Source: Gaiella sp.
GTDB taxonomy: Bacteria; Actinomycetota; Thermoleophilia; Gaiellales; Gaiellaceae
Direction: 5' to 3'
Assembly (NCBI RefSeq): GCF_035558935.1
Contig: NZ_DATMBZ010000014.1
Location: 244-64,243 of the forward strand
DNA: 64,000 nucleotides
Below are positions 47,005 to 59,457 of this stretch, one piece after another. The position numbers and the translations under genes are program-made. Numbering within the stretch: position 1 is the stretch's first letter; every line of letters starts with the position of its first letter. The notes under the pieces are model-generated. The model searched no databases and was not told the DNA's origin. It worked only from the letters and a program-made list of their open reading frames with translations.

Positions 47005-47584
47005 GGGCGACCTCCTCGTCGCCGTCGGGGAGCCTGCCCATCACCCAGCCCGTGAGGATCTCCTCGAGGCCGCCGTACACCACCCAGCTCGCAAGACGTG
47101 GGTCGAGCTCCGCGCGGAACACGCCCTCGCCCTGGCCCTGCTCGATCACCCGCTCGATCACGGCGAAGCCCTGGCCGATGACCTCGACCTGGCTCGCGAG
47201 ATGCGCGCTGCGCCCGACTTCGCGCACCATCACCGTGACCAGGTCCGGGTCGTTTCGCCACGTGCGCAGGAGGATCTTGACGATCCCGTGCAGCTTCTCG
47301 TCCGCCGGCTCGTCCGACTCCTCGACCTGCTCGAAGCGCTCGAGCAGCTCGGCCCAGTTCTCGCGGAAGACGGTCTGCAGCACCTCGTCCTTCGAGGAGA
47401 AGTAGTGGTAGAGCAGGCCGTGGGCCACACCCGCCTCCTCGGCGATGTCCCCGACGCGCGAGGCGTGGAAGCCCCGGCGGGCGAAGACCCGCACCGCTGC
47501 ATCGAGGATCCGGCGCCGCTTCTCCTCCGCCCCGGGCTGTCGCGCTCCGTCGGCGCGCTCGCGTGCGATTGAACGGTCAGTCAA
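46940..47584 (-). CDS. TetR/AcrR-family transcriptional regulator
   Basis: ..RRRILDAAVRVFARRGFHASRVGDIAEEAGVAHGLLYHYFSSKDEVL.. is the TetR HTH. The only in-frame start upstream of the HTH and downstream of the HAD gene is TTG 47584. Confidence 0.85.
   Translation of the reverse strand: MTDRSIARERADGARQPGAEEKRRRILDAAVRVFARRGFHASRVGDIAEEAGVAHGLLYHYFSSKDEVLQTVFRENWAELLERFEQVEESDEPADEKLHGIVKILLRTWRNDPDLVTVMVREVGRSAHLASQVEVIGQGFAVIERVIEQGQGEGVFRAELDPRLASWVVYGGLEEILTGWVMGRLPDGDEEVARAERTIVDVVLGGLRTAPVVA
47568..47584. promoter_or_regulatory. operator candidate related to 43403-43420, overlapping the TetR start codon
   Basis: The minus strand reads TTGACTGACCGTTCAAT, against TTGACTGACTAGTCAAT at the dehydrogenase site. 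Confidence 0.4.
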
Positions 47585-47591
47585 CCGTCTC

Positions 47592-47621
47592 AGGATAGGT
47601 GCGGGCTTGCGGGAGCCGCAA
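47592..47621 (-). promoter_or_regulatory. candidate promoter of the TetR-MFS operon (TTGCGG-N18-TATCCT)
   Basis: The minus strand reads gGTTGCGGctcccgcaagcccgcaccTATCCTGAGacggTTG. The same -35, spacer length and -10 occur at 49286-49315. Confidence 0.4.
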
Positions 47622-47636
47622 CCCCGGCGTCTGTCT

Positions 47637-47668
47637 GGGGTTGGCCTCTCTACAAGGGAGCCAACCCC
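47637..47668. terminator. 9-bp hairpin spanning the HAD gene stop codon
   Basis: GGGGTTGGC-N14-GCCAACCCC. No T-tract follows, so the terminator function is uncertain. Confidence 0.3.
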
Positions 47669-48330
47669 AACGCCGCCGGCAGCGCGAGCAACGTGTCGAT
47701 CCGGTCGGGCTCGCCGACGTGAGCGCCCTCGCGGTCGAGCAGGATCGCGCGCATGCCGAGCGCGCGGGCGCCCTCGATGTCGTCCGCGTAGCTGTCGCCG
47801 ACCATCGCCGCCTCCGGCGCGGCAGCGTCGAGGGCGGCCAGCGCGGCTTCGAAGATCGAGCGGTGCGGCTTCACCTTTCCATGCGCCCGCGACCCGACGC
47901 ACGCGTCGACGTCGAGCCGGTGGTGGCGTGCGAACTCCTCGAGGTCGCGCTGGCCGTTCGAGACCAGGCCGACGCGGAGGCCGTGCTCGCGAAGGAGCGC
48001 GAGTGCCGGCAGCGCGTCCTCATAGAGCAAGAAGTTCTCGTGGCGCTCCCACTGGCGCACGAGATCGACCGCGCAGGAGCGCGCCAGCACGGGGTCGCCT
48101 CCCATCCCGACGACGATCGCCTCCGTGAACCGGATCCAGATCTCCTCGTCGTGGACGAGCTCGGGATGCACCTGGAGGTCGGTGAGCGCCGCCTCCCTGG
48201 CGTCGGCGTGGCGCGACGGGTCGAGTGTCAGCCCGTGGCGTGCGCCGACGCGCCGGTACCCGTCCGGCCCGAGCTCGGGCCCGGGCCGGAAGAGCGTGAA
48301 GTCGACGTCGAGGAGAACAGCCGCGAGCAT
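47650..48330 (-). CDS. HAD-superfamily hydrolase
   Basis: AVLLDVDFTLF is canonical DxDxT. ..GLVSNG.., ..KPHRSIF.. and ..MVGDSYADDIEGA.. are also present. Confidence 0.85.
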   Translation of the reverse strand: MLAAVLLDVDFTLFRPGPELGPDGYRRVGARHGLTLDPSRHADAREAALTDLQVHPELVHDEEIWIRFTEAIVVGMGGDPVLARSCAVDLVRQWERHENFLLYEDALPALALLREHGLRVGLVSNGQRDLEEFARHHRLDVDACVGSRAHGKVKPHRSIFEAALAALDAAAPEAAMVGDSYADDIEGARALGMRAILLDREGAHVGEPDRIDTLLALPAALGLAPL

Positions 48331-48399
48331 CGTCCGAGAATACGTTCCGCGCCCGTCCCCGCCGGGAGGCGGCGCCGAAAACCGCTACCCTTGGCGCCC

Positions 48400-48473
48400 C
48401 GGGGTGTGGCGCAGCCTGGTAGCGCGCTCCGTTCGGGTCGGAGAGGTCCCCAGTTCGAATCTGGGCACCCCGA
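48400..48473 (+). tRNA. tRNA-Pro (anticodon CGG)
   Basis: Hand-folded cloverleaf: acceptor CGGGGTG/CACCCCG, D stem GCGC/GCGC, anticodon stem CTCCG/CGGAG with loop TTCGGGT, T arm CCCAG-TTCGAAT-CTGGG, discriminator A. 74 nt, CCA not encoded. Confidence 0.95.
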
Positions 48474-48479
48474 TCGGGC

Positions 48480-48504
48480 GTGGGGGAACCCGTGGTTCCC
48501 CCAC
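48480..48504. repeat. hairpin repeat family A, copy 3 (directly after tRNA-Pro)
   Basis: GTGGGGGAACC-cgt-GGTTCCCCCAC. The arms are the same as at 26736-26760. Confidence 0.6.
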
Positions 48505-48528
48505 GACCACGCCGTAGACTCGGCCGGG

Positions 48529-49269
48529 ATGGCGGGGCGCGACGAGATCGTCCGGCACGCGAACGAGCTCCTCGAGATCGAGCGCTTCCCCGAGTTCGCC
48601 CCACAGGGGCTGCAGGTCGTCGGATCGGAGGACGTCACGACCATTGCCTGTGGCGTCTCGTGCTCGCGCGAGCTGTTCGAGCGGGCGGTGGAGCTCGGCG
48701 CCGAGTTGGTCCTCGTCCACCACGGCCTCTTCTGGCGCAACGAGCCGCTCGTCGTCGACGCCAGGCTGCGCGGCCGCCTCGAGGCCCTCTTCCGCGGGAA
48801 CGCGTCGCTCGCCGCATACCACCTCGCGCTCGACGCCCACCCGACGCTCGGCAACAACGCGCAGCTCGCGGCACGGCTCGGGGCGATGCCGATCGGGCCG
48901 TTCGGCGGGGTCGGCCGCGGCTGCACGATCGAGCCGCTCGGCCTTGACGCGTTCGCGGCGAAGGTCGAGGAGGTGCTCGGACGGCCGCCGCTCGTCCTCC
49001 GCGGCGGCGACCGGGAGATCCGGCGACTCGCGGTGTCCACGGGCGCCGCGGGCCACGACCTCCTGCAGGCCGCCCACGAGGGCTACGACGCACTCCTTAC
49101 TGGCGAGCCGGAGGAGCCGAGCGCGGCGACGGCGCGGGAGCTCGGGGTCCATCTCGTCGCAGGCGGCCACCACGCGACGGAGCGCTTCGGCGCCCAGGCG
49201 CTCGCGGCCCACCTCGCCGAGCGCTTCGAGCTCGAGTGGCAGTTCGTCGAGGTCGAGAACCCGGTCTGA
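48529..49269 (+). CDS. Nif3-family dinuclear metal center protein (YbgI-like)
   Basis: ..PQGLQVVGSEDVTTIACGVSCS...LVLVHHGLFW...AYHLALDAHP..GNN...GGHHATERFG.. match the family. Confidence 0.88.
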   Translation: MAGRDEIVRHANELLEIERFPEFAPQGLQVVGSEDVTTIACGVSCSRELFERAVELGAELVLVHHGLFWRNEPLVVDARLRGRLEALFRGNASLAAYHLALDAHPTLGNNAQLAARLGAMPIGPFGGVGRGCTIEPLGLDAFAAKVEEVLGRPPLVLRGGDREIRRLAVSTGAAGHDLLQAAHEGYDALLTGEPEEPSAATARELGVHLVAGGHHATERFGAQALAAHLAERFELEWQFVEVENPV

Positions 49270-49285
49270 CGGACGCGCTCGCGGA

Positions 49286-49315
49286 TTGCGGACCGCCCGG
49301 GCGACCGTCTATCCT
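49286..49315 (+). promoter_or_regulatory. candidate promoter (TTGCGG-N18-TATCCT) of a short leader transcript
   Basis: gaTTGCGGaccgcccgggcgaccgtcTATCCTGAGggcacgATG. The architecture is identical to the TetR promoter candidate. Confidence 0.4.
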
Positions 49316-49382
49316 GAGGGCACGATGAACGTTTTCGGGAGGCGGGCCCGTTGACCCCCGCCGCGAACGAGGAGCGCACATG

Positions 49383-49419
49383 AAGCCCGCCTGCACGCAG
49401 TTGCGTCGGCGGGCTTTTT
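49383..49419 (+). terminator. intrinsic terminator (long GC hairpin followed by TTTTT)
   Basis: AAGCCCGCC-tgc-ACGCA-gt-TGCGT-c-GGCGGGCTT followed by TTTTT (T run 49415-49419, its first two T pair in the stem). It is the only canonical stem-plus-T-tract terminator I saw in the window. Confidence 0.6.
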
Positions 49420-49444
49420 CGTGGCGCGAGGGAGGACAAGGTCG

Positions 49445-49618
49445 ATGGCGAATCACCTGACGCCCGACGAGCTCGCGAAGGAGCTCAACATGGACCGCGA
49501 GGCGGTCATCCGGCTCTGCATCGAGGAAGGCGTGCCGATCTACCAGGGAAAGATCGACAAGCATCTCTTCCAAGCCCAGCTGCAGGCCGTCGGGGCGTCG
49601 CAGGCGGCAGCGCACTAG
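49445..49618 (+). CDS. small helix-turn-helix protein (excisionase/MerR-like HTH, 57 aa)
   Basis: MANHLTPDELAKELNMDREAVIRLCIEEGVPIYQGKIDKHLF resembles the HTH_17/excisionase layout. ATG 49445 is preceded by GGGAGGA. Confidence 0.6.
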   Translation: MANHLTPDELAKELNMDREAVIRLCIEEGVPIYQGKIDKHLFQAQLQAVGASQAAAH

Positions 49619-49640
49619 CCGCCGACTCACGCGAGCGTTC

Positions 49641-49666
49641 ACGAGGGGCCCGCGAGGGCCCCTCGT
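49641..49666. terminator. 11-bp hairpin between convergent HTH gene and ku (possible bidirectional terminator)
   Basis: ACGAGGGGCCC-gcga-GGGCCCCTCGT. No T-tract follows. Confidence 0.4.
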
Positions 49667-49679
49667 CACGTCTGCGACG

Positions 49680-50549
49680 CTACTTTCGCGCGGCCTTGCG
49701 CGCAGGGCGCTTCGGCGCGGACTGCTTCGCGGCCGCCTTCTTCGGACGCGCCGACGACGCCTTCGCCGCCGCCACGCTCGCCTTGAGCGCCTCGATCAGG
49801 TCGACCGCCGGGGCAGGCTCCTCGGCGGGCTCGGGAGCAGTGATCTCCTCGCCCGCGAGCTTCGCCTCGAGGAGCGTCCGCAGGTCGCGGCGGTACTCGC
49901 TCGCGAGCTCGGACGGGTCGAACTCCGCGGCGAGGCCCTGGACGATCTGGCGCGCGAGGTCGAGCTCGTTGGACTTCACCTCGGTCTCGGCCATGGCCTC
50001 GTCGATCTCCGCCTGCGAATAGACGTCCTCGACGAGGTACATCGTCTCGAGCACGAGCCCGCTGCCGCGCGTGCGGACGAGGCAGAGCGATTCGCGTCCG
50101 GAGCGGACGAACCGCCCGATCGCACCGACGCCCGCCTCCTCCATTGCCTCGAGCAACAGCTTGTAGGGCCTGCGCTGTGCCGGTGCGGCACCCGGAACGA
50201 GGAAGTAGGTTCGGTCCATCCAGACGGGATCGACGTCCGCGAGCGGGACGAACCGCTCGATCGCGATCGTCCGCGAGTCGTCGTGCCGCTCGAGCGCCTC
50301 GAGCTCGGCCTCCTCGACGACGACGAACTGGCCCTTCGCCACCTCCCAGCCCTTGACGAGCTCGTCGGGGGTCACCTCCCGGTCGTGCTTCGGGCACCAG
50401 CGCTTCTGCCTGATCGGCGTCAGGCACTCGCGATGGAGCAGCCGGAAGGAGACGTCCGACTGCCGCGCCGCGGGCTTCGTCGCGGGGGCGAGACCGACGG
50501 GGATGCTCACGAGACCGAAGCTCAGGGATCCGTTCCAGGTGACGCGCAT
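49680..50549 (-). CDS. ku: non-homologous end joining protein Ku
   Basis: MRVTWNGSLSFGLVSIPVGLAPAT...FRLLHREC...KGWEV..GQFVVV matches Ku. It has a Lys/Ala-rich C-terminal tail. Confidence 0.92.
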   Translation of the reverse strand: MRVTWNGSLSFGLVSIPVGLAPATKPAARQSDVSFRLLHRECLTPIRQKRWCPKHDREVTPDELVKGWEVAKGQFVVVEEAELEALERHDDSRTIAIERFVPLADVDPVWMDRTYFLVPGAAPAQRRPYKLLLEAMEEAGVGAIGRFVRSGRESLCLVRTRGSGLVLETMYLVEDVYSQAEIDEAMAETEVKSNELDLARQIVQGLAAEFDPSELASEYRRDLRTLLEAKLAGEEITAPEPAEEPAPAVDLIEALKASVAAAKASSARPKKAAAKQSAPKRPARKAARK

Positions 50550-50624
50550 GTTCCTCCCAGTCTATGGGGCGGAGGTCGGGATTCGGTGTCGCCGGGCCGT
50601 TCCCTCCGACTACTGTGCCTGGTA

Positions 50625-52412
50625 ATGGCGGGAAATCGCACTATTCCCCGGCTCTGGCGCGATGCCGTCGCGCGCAACACCGGGGCCGCGTACCTCGTCG
50701 ACGAGGGTGAGACCTGGCGCGACGTCACGTGGCCGGAAGCGGCCGAGCGCGTCGAGCTGCTCGCCAACGGCCTCCTCGCGCGCGGCGTGGGCAAGGGCGA
50801 CGCGTTCGGGATCCTGGCCCGCAACTCGGTCGAGTGGGCGCTGTTCGACTTCGCGCTGGCGCACGTCGGCGCGGTCGGCGCCGCGGTCTACGCGAACTCG
50901 TCGCCGCACGACGTCCACTACGTCCTCGACCACTCCGAGTCGGTGGGCGTGCTGTGCGAGGACGAGGGACAGCGTTCGAAGGTCGAGGCGGGACGCGCCG
51001 ACCTCCCAGCCCTGCGTCACGTGCTCACCTACGCCGACCTCCCTGCGCTCGAGGAGGAGGGCCGCGCGTACCGCGAGGCGCACCCGAACGCGCTGGGCGA
51101 GGCGGTCGGCGCGATCGACGAGGAAGACCTCTTCACTTTCATCTACACGTCCGGCACGACCGGTCCGCCCAAGGGCTGCATGATCCGCCACCGCAACTAC
51201 TACGCGATGGTCGCGACGGTCGACGAGCTGCCGGACCACAGCGCGCCGGGTGACGTGATGCTCCTCTACCTGCCGCTCGCCCACAACTTCGGCCGGTTGA
51301 TGCACCTCTCGGGGCCGTACGTCGGCTACACCATCGCCTTCGTGGCCGATCCGCTCGACGTAGCACGCGCGCTGCCGCAGGTGCGCCCGACGATCCTTCC
51401 GAGCGTCCCACGGGTCTACGAGAAGGTCCACACGGCCGTCACGTCCACCTTCGCGGAGACGACCGGCGTCAAGCGGAAGCTCGTCGACTGGGCACTCGCC
51501 GTCGGACGCAGGGCCAGCGTCCTACGCCAGGACGGCAGGCCGCTGCCGACCGGTCTCGCAGTGCAGTACCGCCTTGCCGACCGGCTCGTCTTCTCGAAGG
51601 TCAAGGAGCGACTCGGCGGCCGCCTGCGCCGGCCGATCTCCGGTGGCGCGCCGCTGGCGAAGGAGATCGCGGAGTTCTTCGACGCGATCGGAATCTGCAT
51701 CCTCGAGGGCTACGGACTCACGGAGTGCACCACCGCGGCGACGACGAACACGAGCGAGCGCTACCGCTTCGGGACCGTCGGCCCGGCCCTACCCGGGTTC
51801 GAGCTCCGCCTGGCCGAGGACGGCGAGCTCCTGATCCGCAGCGAGACCGTCTTCGCGGGCTATTTCAAGGAGCCGGAGGCGACCGCCGCGGTCCTCGGGC
51901 CCGACGGTTGGCTCCGGACCGGGGACATCGCCACGATCGACGAGGACGGCTTCGTCACGATCACCGACCGCAAGAAGGACATCCTCGTCACGGCAGGCGG
52001 GAAGAACATCGCGCCGCAGAACCTCGAGAACGACCTCAAGACGTCTCGCTTCGTCTCGCAGGCGATCGTGGTCGGCGACCGCAAGCCTTACCCGGCCGCG
52101 CTCATCACTCTCGACCCCGTGGAGGTCGGCAAGTGGGCCGCCGAGCACGGGATCGAAGGCGACCCCGAGGCGCTCGCATACGACCCGCGCGTCAGGGAGC
52201 TCGTGGCAGGGATCGTCGAGGAGGTCAACCGCGAGCGCTCGCGGTTCGAGCAGATCAAGCGCTTCACCATCCTCCCGCGCGACTTCGAGATGGACCGCGG
52301 CGAGGTCACCCCGACGCTCAAGCTTCGCCGGCGCGTCGTTCTCGATCACTTCGCCGACGACGTCGCGGCGTTGTACGACGGCGCGGCTCCCGCTGCGCGG
52401 GATCCGCGCTAG
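50625..52412 (+). CDS. long-chain fatty-acid--CoA ligase (AMP-dependent synthetase)
   Basis: [19 protein letters not shown] is the AMP-binding motif. ..EGYGLTECT.., ..[20 protein letters not shown].. and ..GKNIAPQ.. are also present. Confidence 0.9.
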   Translation: MAGNRTIPRLWRDAVARNTGAAYLVDEGETWRDVTWPEAAERVELLANGLLARGVGKGDAFGILARNSVEWALFDFALAHVGAVGAAVYANSSPHDVHYVLDHSESVGVLCEDEGQRSKVEAGRADLPALRHVLTYADLPALEEEGRAYREAHPNALGEAVGAIDEEDLFTFIYTSGTTGPPKGCMIRHRNYYAMVATVDELPDHSAPGDVMLLYLPLAHNFGRLMHLSGPYVGYTIAFVADPLDVARALPQVRPTILPSVPRVYEKVHTAVTSTFAETTGVKRKLVDWALAVGRRASVLRQDGRPLPTGLAVQYRLADRLVFSKVKERLGGRLRRPISGGAPLAKEIAEFFDAIGICILEGYGLTECTTAATTNTSERYRFGTVGPALPGFELRLAEDGELLIRSETVFAGYFKEPEATAAVLGPDGWLRTGDIATIDEDGFVTITDRKKDILVTAGGKNIAPQNLENDLKTSRFVSQAIVVGDRKPYPAALITLDPVEVGKWAAEHGIEGDPEALAYDPRVRELVAGIVEEVNRERSRFEQIKRFTILPRDFEMDRGEVTPTLKLRRRVVLDHFADDVAALYDGAAPAARDPR

Positions 52413-52468
52413 ACAATCTGCGCCGTACACAGCCGACTCGTCTAGCCGCGGTCGCGCGGCGAGCGCGT

Positions 52469-53680
52469 CTACGTGACGCGCTTCGCGCCGACGTAGGTCG
52501 ACGCGTACCAGGAGTCGGAGAGGCTCGAGATCTTGACGACGTCGCCGGTGTGCGGCGCGTGGATGAACTGCCCGCCGCCGATGTAGATGCCCATGTGACC
52601 GAGGCCGTCGAAGAAGACGAGGTCGCCGGGCTGCAGGTCGCTCCTCGAGACCGAGACGCCGACCGAGCTGTACTGCATCGCCGCGTTGTGCGGCAGCGAG
52701 ATTCCGATCTGCGCGTAGACGTACATCGCGAGGCCTGAGCAGTCGAAGCCCGCCGGGCTGGCGCCGCCCCAGACGTACGGGACGCCGAGGTACTGCATGG
52801 CGATCCCGACGACACCGCCGTACTTCGCAGGCGGAGCCGGCGTGGAGGGAGACGACGACGCGAGCGTGGCGTCCCCCGGATAGTCCGTCGACGGTGAGGA
52901 GGACAGCTCGAGCGCCTGCTGCCGCGCCGACTGGCGTGCGGCCGCCTCGGCGGCGAACCGCGCTCGCGCCTGCGCCTCGAGCTGGGCCTGCCGGCGCCGC
53001 TCGGCGGCCTCCATCCGGACGATCTCGTCCTTCACCGACGCCAGCAGCCGCTGCCGCTCCGCAAGCTGACCCTCGATCGAGCGCTTGCGGGCCGCGCGCT
53101 CGGAGACGACCTGCGCCTGCCGTGCCCTGTCGCTACGGAGCTTGGCGCGACGCGTCTGCACCTCGTTTTGGAAGCGTCGGACGTCGGTCAGCACCTGCGC
53201 GTCCTGACCGCCGACGCGTTGCGCCATGTCGATGCGGTCGAGAAGGTCGTCGAGGCTCTTCGCGCCGAGGATCACCTCGACCGCGCCGCCCGCGTCGCCG
53301 TTGATGTACAGCGCGCGCAGTCGCTTCGCGATGTGGGTCTGCGCGACGCCGAGGCTCGACTTCGCGATCACCAGGTGGCGGCCGTTCGTCTTCAGGTCGG
53401 AGTCGATCTGGCCGAGCTGGATGTTCGCGAGGTTGTACGACTCGATCGCGTGGGAGAGGCTCGAGTCCATCTGCTGGATCTGGACCATGATCGCCTGCGC
53501 CTGCTGCCGCTTCGAGCTGATGGACGGGTCGGCGGTCGCCGGCCCGGTGGCGACGATGAGGAACGCCGCGAGCGCCGCCAGGGGAAGGAGCAGCAGTGGA
53601 ACCCGTCGCCTCGAGAACTGCGTCACGCCGCGTCTCGCACGCCCGACGAGGGGCTCGCCGATGGTGGGGTCACCGGCCAC
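52469..53680 (-). CDS. NlpC/P60 (C40) peptidoglycan endopeptidase with N-terminal coiled-coil domain (RipA/CwlO-like architecture)
   Basis: The C-terminal ..[20 protein letters not shown]...GDLVFF...[15 protein letters not shown].. carries the Cys-His catalytic motifs. The N-terminal ~230 aa are heptad-rich. The start may be GTG at 53623. Confidence 0.88.
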   Translation of the reverse strand: MAGDPTIGEPLVGRARRGVTQFSRRRVPLLLLPLAALAAFLIVATGPATADPSISSKRQQAQAIMVQIQQMDSSLSHAIESYNLANIQLGQIDSDLKTNGRHLVIAKSSLGVAQTHIAKRLRALYINGDAGGAVEVILGAKSLDDLLDRIDMAQRVGGQDAQVLTDVRRFQNEVQTRRAKLRSDRARQAQVVSERAARKRSIEGQLAERQRLLASVKDEIVRMEAAERRRQAQLEAQARARFAAEAAARQSARQQALELSSSPSTDYPGDATLASSSPSTPAPPAKYGGVVGIAMQYLGVPYVWGGASPAGFDCSGLAMYVYAQIGISLPHNAAMQYSSVGVSVSRSDLQPGDLVFFDGLGHMGIYIGGGQFIHAPHTGDVVKISSLSDSWYASTYVGAKRVT

Positions 53681-53780
53681 AAGTCGGGGAGCCTAGCAGC
53701 GCCACAAGACGTCTGCACGGTCAACCGACGCGAAAATCTCTGCAAACAGCCCTGATTCGTCTGGTACGGTCCTCCGCCCT

Positions 53781-54794
53781 GTGCGGGGGAGTGCGCGATA
53801 TCTCGTGCCGTGCGTCGTCGTCGGGCTCCTCGGCTGGACGGCCGGGGCGTCCCCTGGAGCGTCGCGCCCGGACGCGCGGCTCGCGTCGCTCGTGGCCGCG
53901 GAGCGCTCCGCCGTGCTCGAGCTCTACGCCGCGGAGTCTTCGGTGGCCCGCGCCCGAAGCCATGCCGGCCGGGTTGAGCGGAGACGGCTCGCCCTGGAGG
54001 CCTCGCTCGAGCGAGAGCGGGCGCACCTGGCGATCGTTCGCGGGTCGCTCGAGGCGACGAACGCGCGAATCGCGGCGCTCCTCCGTCGTCTCTACACGGA
54101 CGGCGAGCCCGACCCGGTCGCCGTGCTGCTCGGCGCGCGCTCGTTCTCGGGGATGCTGGCCGGGATCGACGAGCTCGAACGCGCCACGGTCAGGAATCGC
54201 GGCCTCGCAGCCCAGGCGCGTGCCCGCGCACGCCTCCTCCGGACGAGGGTGGCGCAGCTCGCGTGGGCGCGGATCCAGCTCGCAGAGGCCGAGCGCCGGG
54301 CCGGCGCCGCGGTCGCGGCAACCGCAGCTGCAGCGGACGCCCGACGCGCGACGATCGCGCGGATTCGCCTCCGCACCCACCTGACCCGGACGCGGCTCGC
54401 GCAGCTCGAGGCGCGCGCAAAGGCGGCTGAGCGCGCGTCGGCCCGGCTTTCGCGCGAGACGGCTCCCCGCCCCGCGCCTGCCGAAGCCGTGCCCTCGAGC
54501 GCACCCGCCGCCCCGGCCCCCGGTGCGGCGACGCGGACCCTCGTCGTGGACGCGGTCGCCTATCACCTTCCCGGCCGTACGGCCAGCGGCCTTCCGGTCG
54601 GCGTCGGCGTGATCGCCGTGGACCCCGGGGTCATCCCGCTCGGCACCCGCGTCTTCGTGCCGGGCTATGGCCGCGCCGTCGCCGCCGACGTCGGGTCGGC
54701 GATCCGTGGCCCGATCATCGACCTCTGGATGCCGAGCACCGAGGCCGCGCGGGCGTGGGGGCGGCGCACCGTCACGATCACCGTCTACGGTTAG
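53781..54794 (+). CDS. 3D-domain (MltA/RlpA-like double-psi barrel) cell-wall protein with N-terminal coiled coil
   Basis: The C-terminal ..GVIAVDPGVIPLGTRVFVPGYGRAVAADVGSAIRGPIIDLWMPS..EA..WG.. matches the 3D-domain pattern. The signal peptide is MRGSARYLVPCVVVGLLGWTAGA. Confidence 0.8.
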   Translation: MRGSARYLVPCVVVGLLGWTAGASPGASRPDARLASLVAAERSAVLELYAAESSVARARSHAGRVERRRLALEASLERERAHLAIVRGSLEATNARIAALLRRLYTDGEPDPVAVLLGARSFSGMLAGIDELERATVRNRGLAAQARARARLLRTRVAQLAWARIQLAEAERRAGAAVAATAAAADARRATIARIRLRTHLTRTRLAQLEARAKAAERASARLSRETAPRPAPAEAVPSSAPAAPAPGAATRTLVVDAVAYHLPGRTASGLPVGVGVIAVDPGVIPLGTRVFVPGYGRAVAADVGSAIRGPIIDLWMPSTEAARAWGRRTVTITVYG

Positions 54795-54799
54795 ACGCC

Positions 54800-58639
<3,840 letters not shown>

Positions 58640-58676
58640 GCCGGCGATCGTAGCCGCGCCCCGCGGAGTGGCTTCC

Positions 58677-58697
58677 GGGCGTGGCTTCAGCCTCGCC
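58677..58697. repeat. 21-nt exact repeat, copy 1 (spans the truA stop codon)
   Basis: GGGCGTGGCTTCAGCCTCGCC is identical to 63128-63148. Confidence 0.7.
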
Positions 58698-59436
58698 CGT
58701 CTTGGTCTGCCGACCGCTCGTACTCGACCCGCTCCAGATAGAGGCCCCACGGCGGCGCCGTCGAGCCCGCCTCCGAGCGGGGCCGGCCGGCCAGCAGCGG
58801 GACGAATGCGTCGGGCTCGCGTTCGAGCATCGTCCCCACGAGCGTGCGCACCATGTGTCGCAGGAACGAGTCCGCAGTCACGGTGAAATGCAGCTCGTCT
58901 CCCGCGCGTCGCCACGTCGCGGCGCGGATCTCGCGACGAAAGACCTCGTGCTGCGTCTCCGTCGGCGTGAACGCCCTGAAGTCGTGCTCCCCGACGAGAG
59001 CGGCGGCGCACTCCTCGAGTGACTCGAGCTCGACGGGCCGAGGCCACCAGAGCGCGCGCCGAGCGCGGAGCGGCGCGCGCTCGCGCCGGGCGAGGACGAC
59101 GTAGCGGTACGACCGCGCGGTCGCAGAGAAGCGCGCGTGGAAGCCGTCGGAGGCCTCCTCGGCGGCGAGGACGGCCACGTCGTGAGGCAGGGCGGTGTTC
59201 AGTGCTTCCGGGAGTCGCTCGAGCGGAGGTCCGCCTTCGGCGTCGAGGCTCGCGACCTGGCCCGTCGCGTGAACGCCGGCGTCCGTCCTTCCCGCCACGG
59301 CGAGGCCCCTCCATCCGGGCACGACCGCATCGAGCGCGTCGCGCAGCACGCCTTCGACGGTCCTCTCACCAGGCTGTCGCGCCCAGCCGCGAAACCCCGT
59401 TCCGTCGTACTCGAGCGTCAGACGCAGCGTCGGCAC
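58687..59436 (-). CDS. truA: tRNA pseudouridine(38-40) synthase
   Basis: [16 protein letters not shown]...[14 protein letters not shown] (catalytic Asp) match TruA. Confidence 0.92.
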   Translation of the reverse strand: MPTLRLTLEYDGTGFRGWARQPGERTVEGVLRDALDAVVPGWRGLAVAGRTDAGVHATGQVASLDAEGGPPLERLPEALNTALPHDVAVLAAEEASDGFHARFSATARSYRYVVLARRERAPLRARRALWWPRPVELESLEECAAALVGEHDFRAFTPTETQHEVFRREIRAATWRRAGDELHFTVTADSFLRHMVRTLVGTMLEREPDAFVPLLAGRPRSEAGSTAPPWGLYLERVEYERSADQDGRG

Positions 59437-59457
59437 GCCGTTGCTTGTAACACAGTG

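Noticed and set aside
48400-49269. Possible integrative element at tRNA-Pro. tRNA genes are common attachment sites, and an excisionase-like HTH gene lies 1 kb downstream.
   Set aside because: There is no integrase, no direct repeat of the tRNA 3' end, no compositional shift, and the intervening gene is the housekeeping nif3 homolog.
48529-49269. The Nif3 homolog as a replacement for the missing folE, since the family is often labelled GTP cyclohydrolase 1 type 2.
   Set aside because: That label is a historical annotation for the Nif3/YbgI family and is not evidence of FolE activity. The gene is also not linked to the fol genes here.
49322-49419. Known small RNA families (SRP 4.5S RNA, actinobacterial 6C RNA) for the terminated leader transcript.
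   Set aside because: I could not find the SRP helix-8 GGAA tetraloop with its AGCA symmetric-loop motifs. I also could not find the two C-rich (CCCCCC) loops characteristic of 6C. This needs a covariance-model scan for certainty.
53681-53780. c-di-AMP (ydaO-type) riboswitch, which often precedes actinobacterial cell-wall hydrolase genes.
   Set aside because: The spacer is only about 100 nt, or about 160 nt if the NlpC/P60 start is at 53623. I could not recognise the conserved ydaO core segments on either strand.
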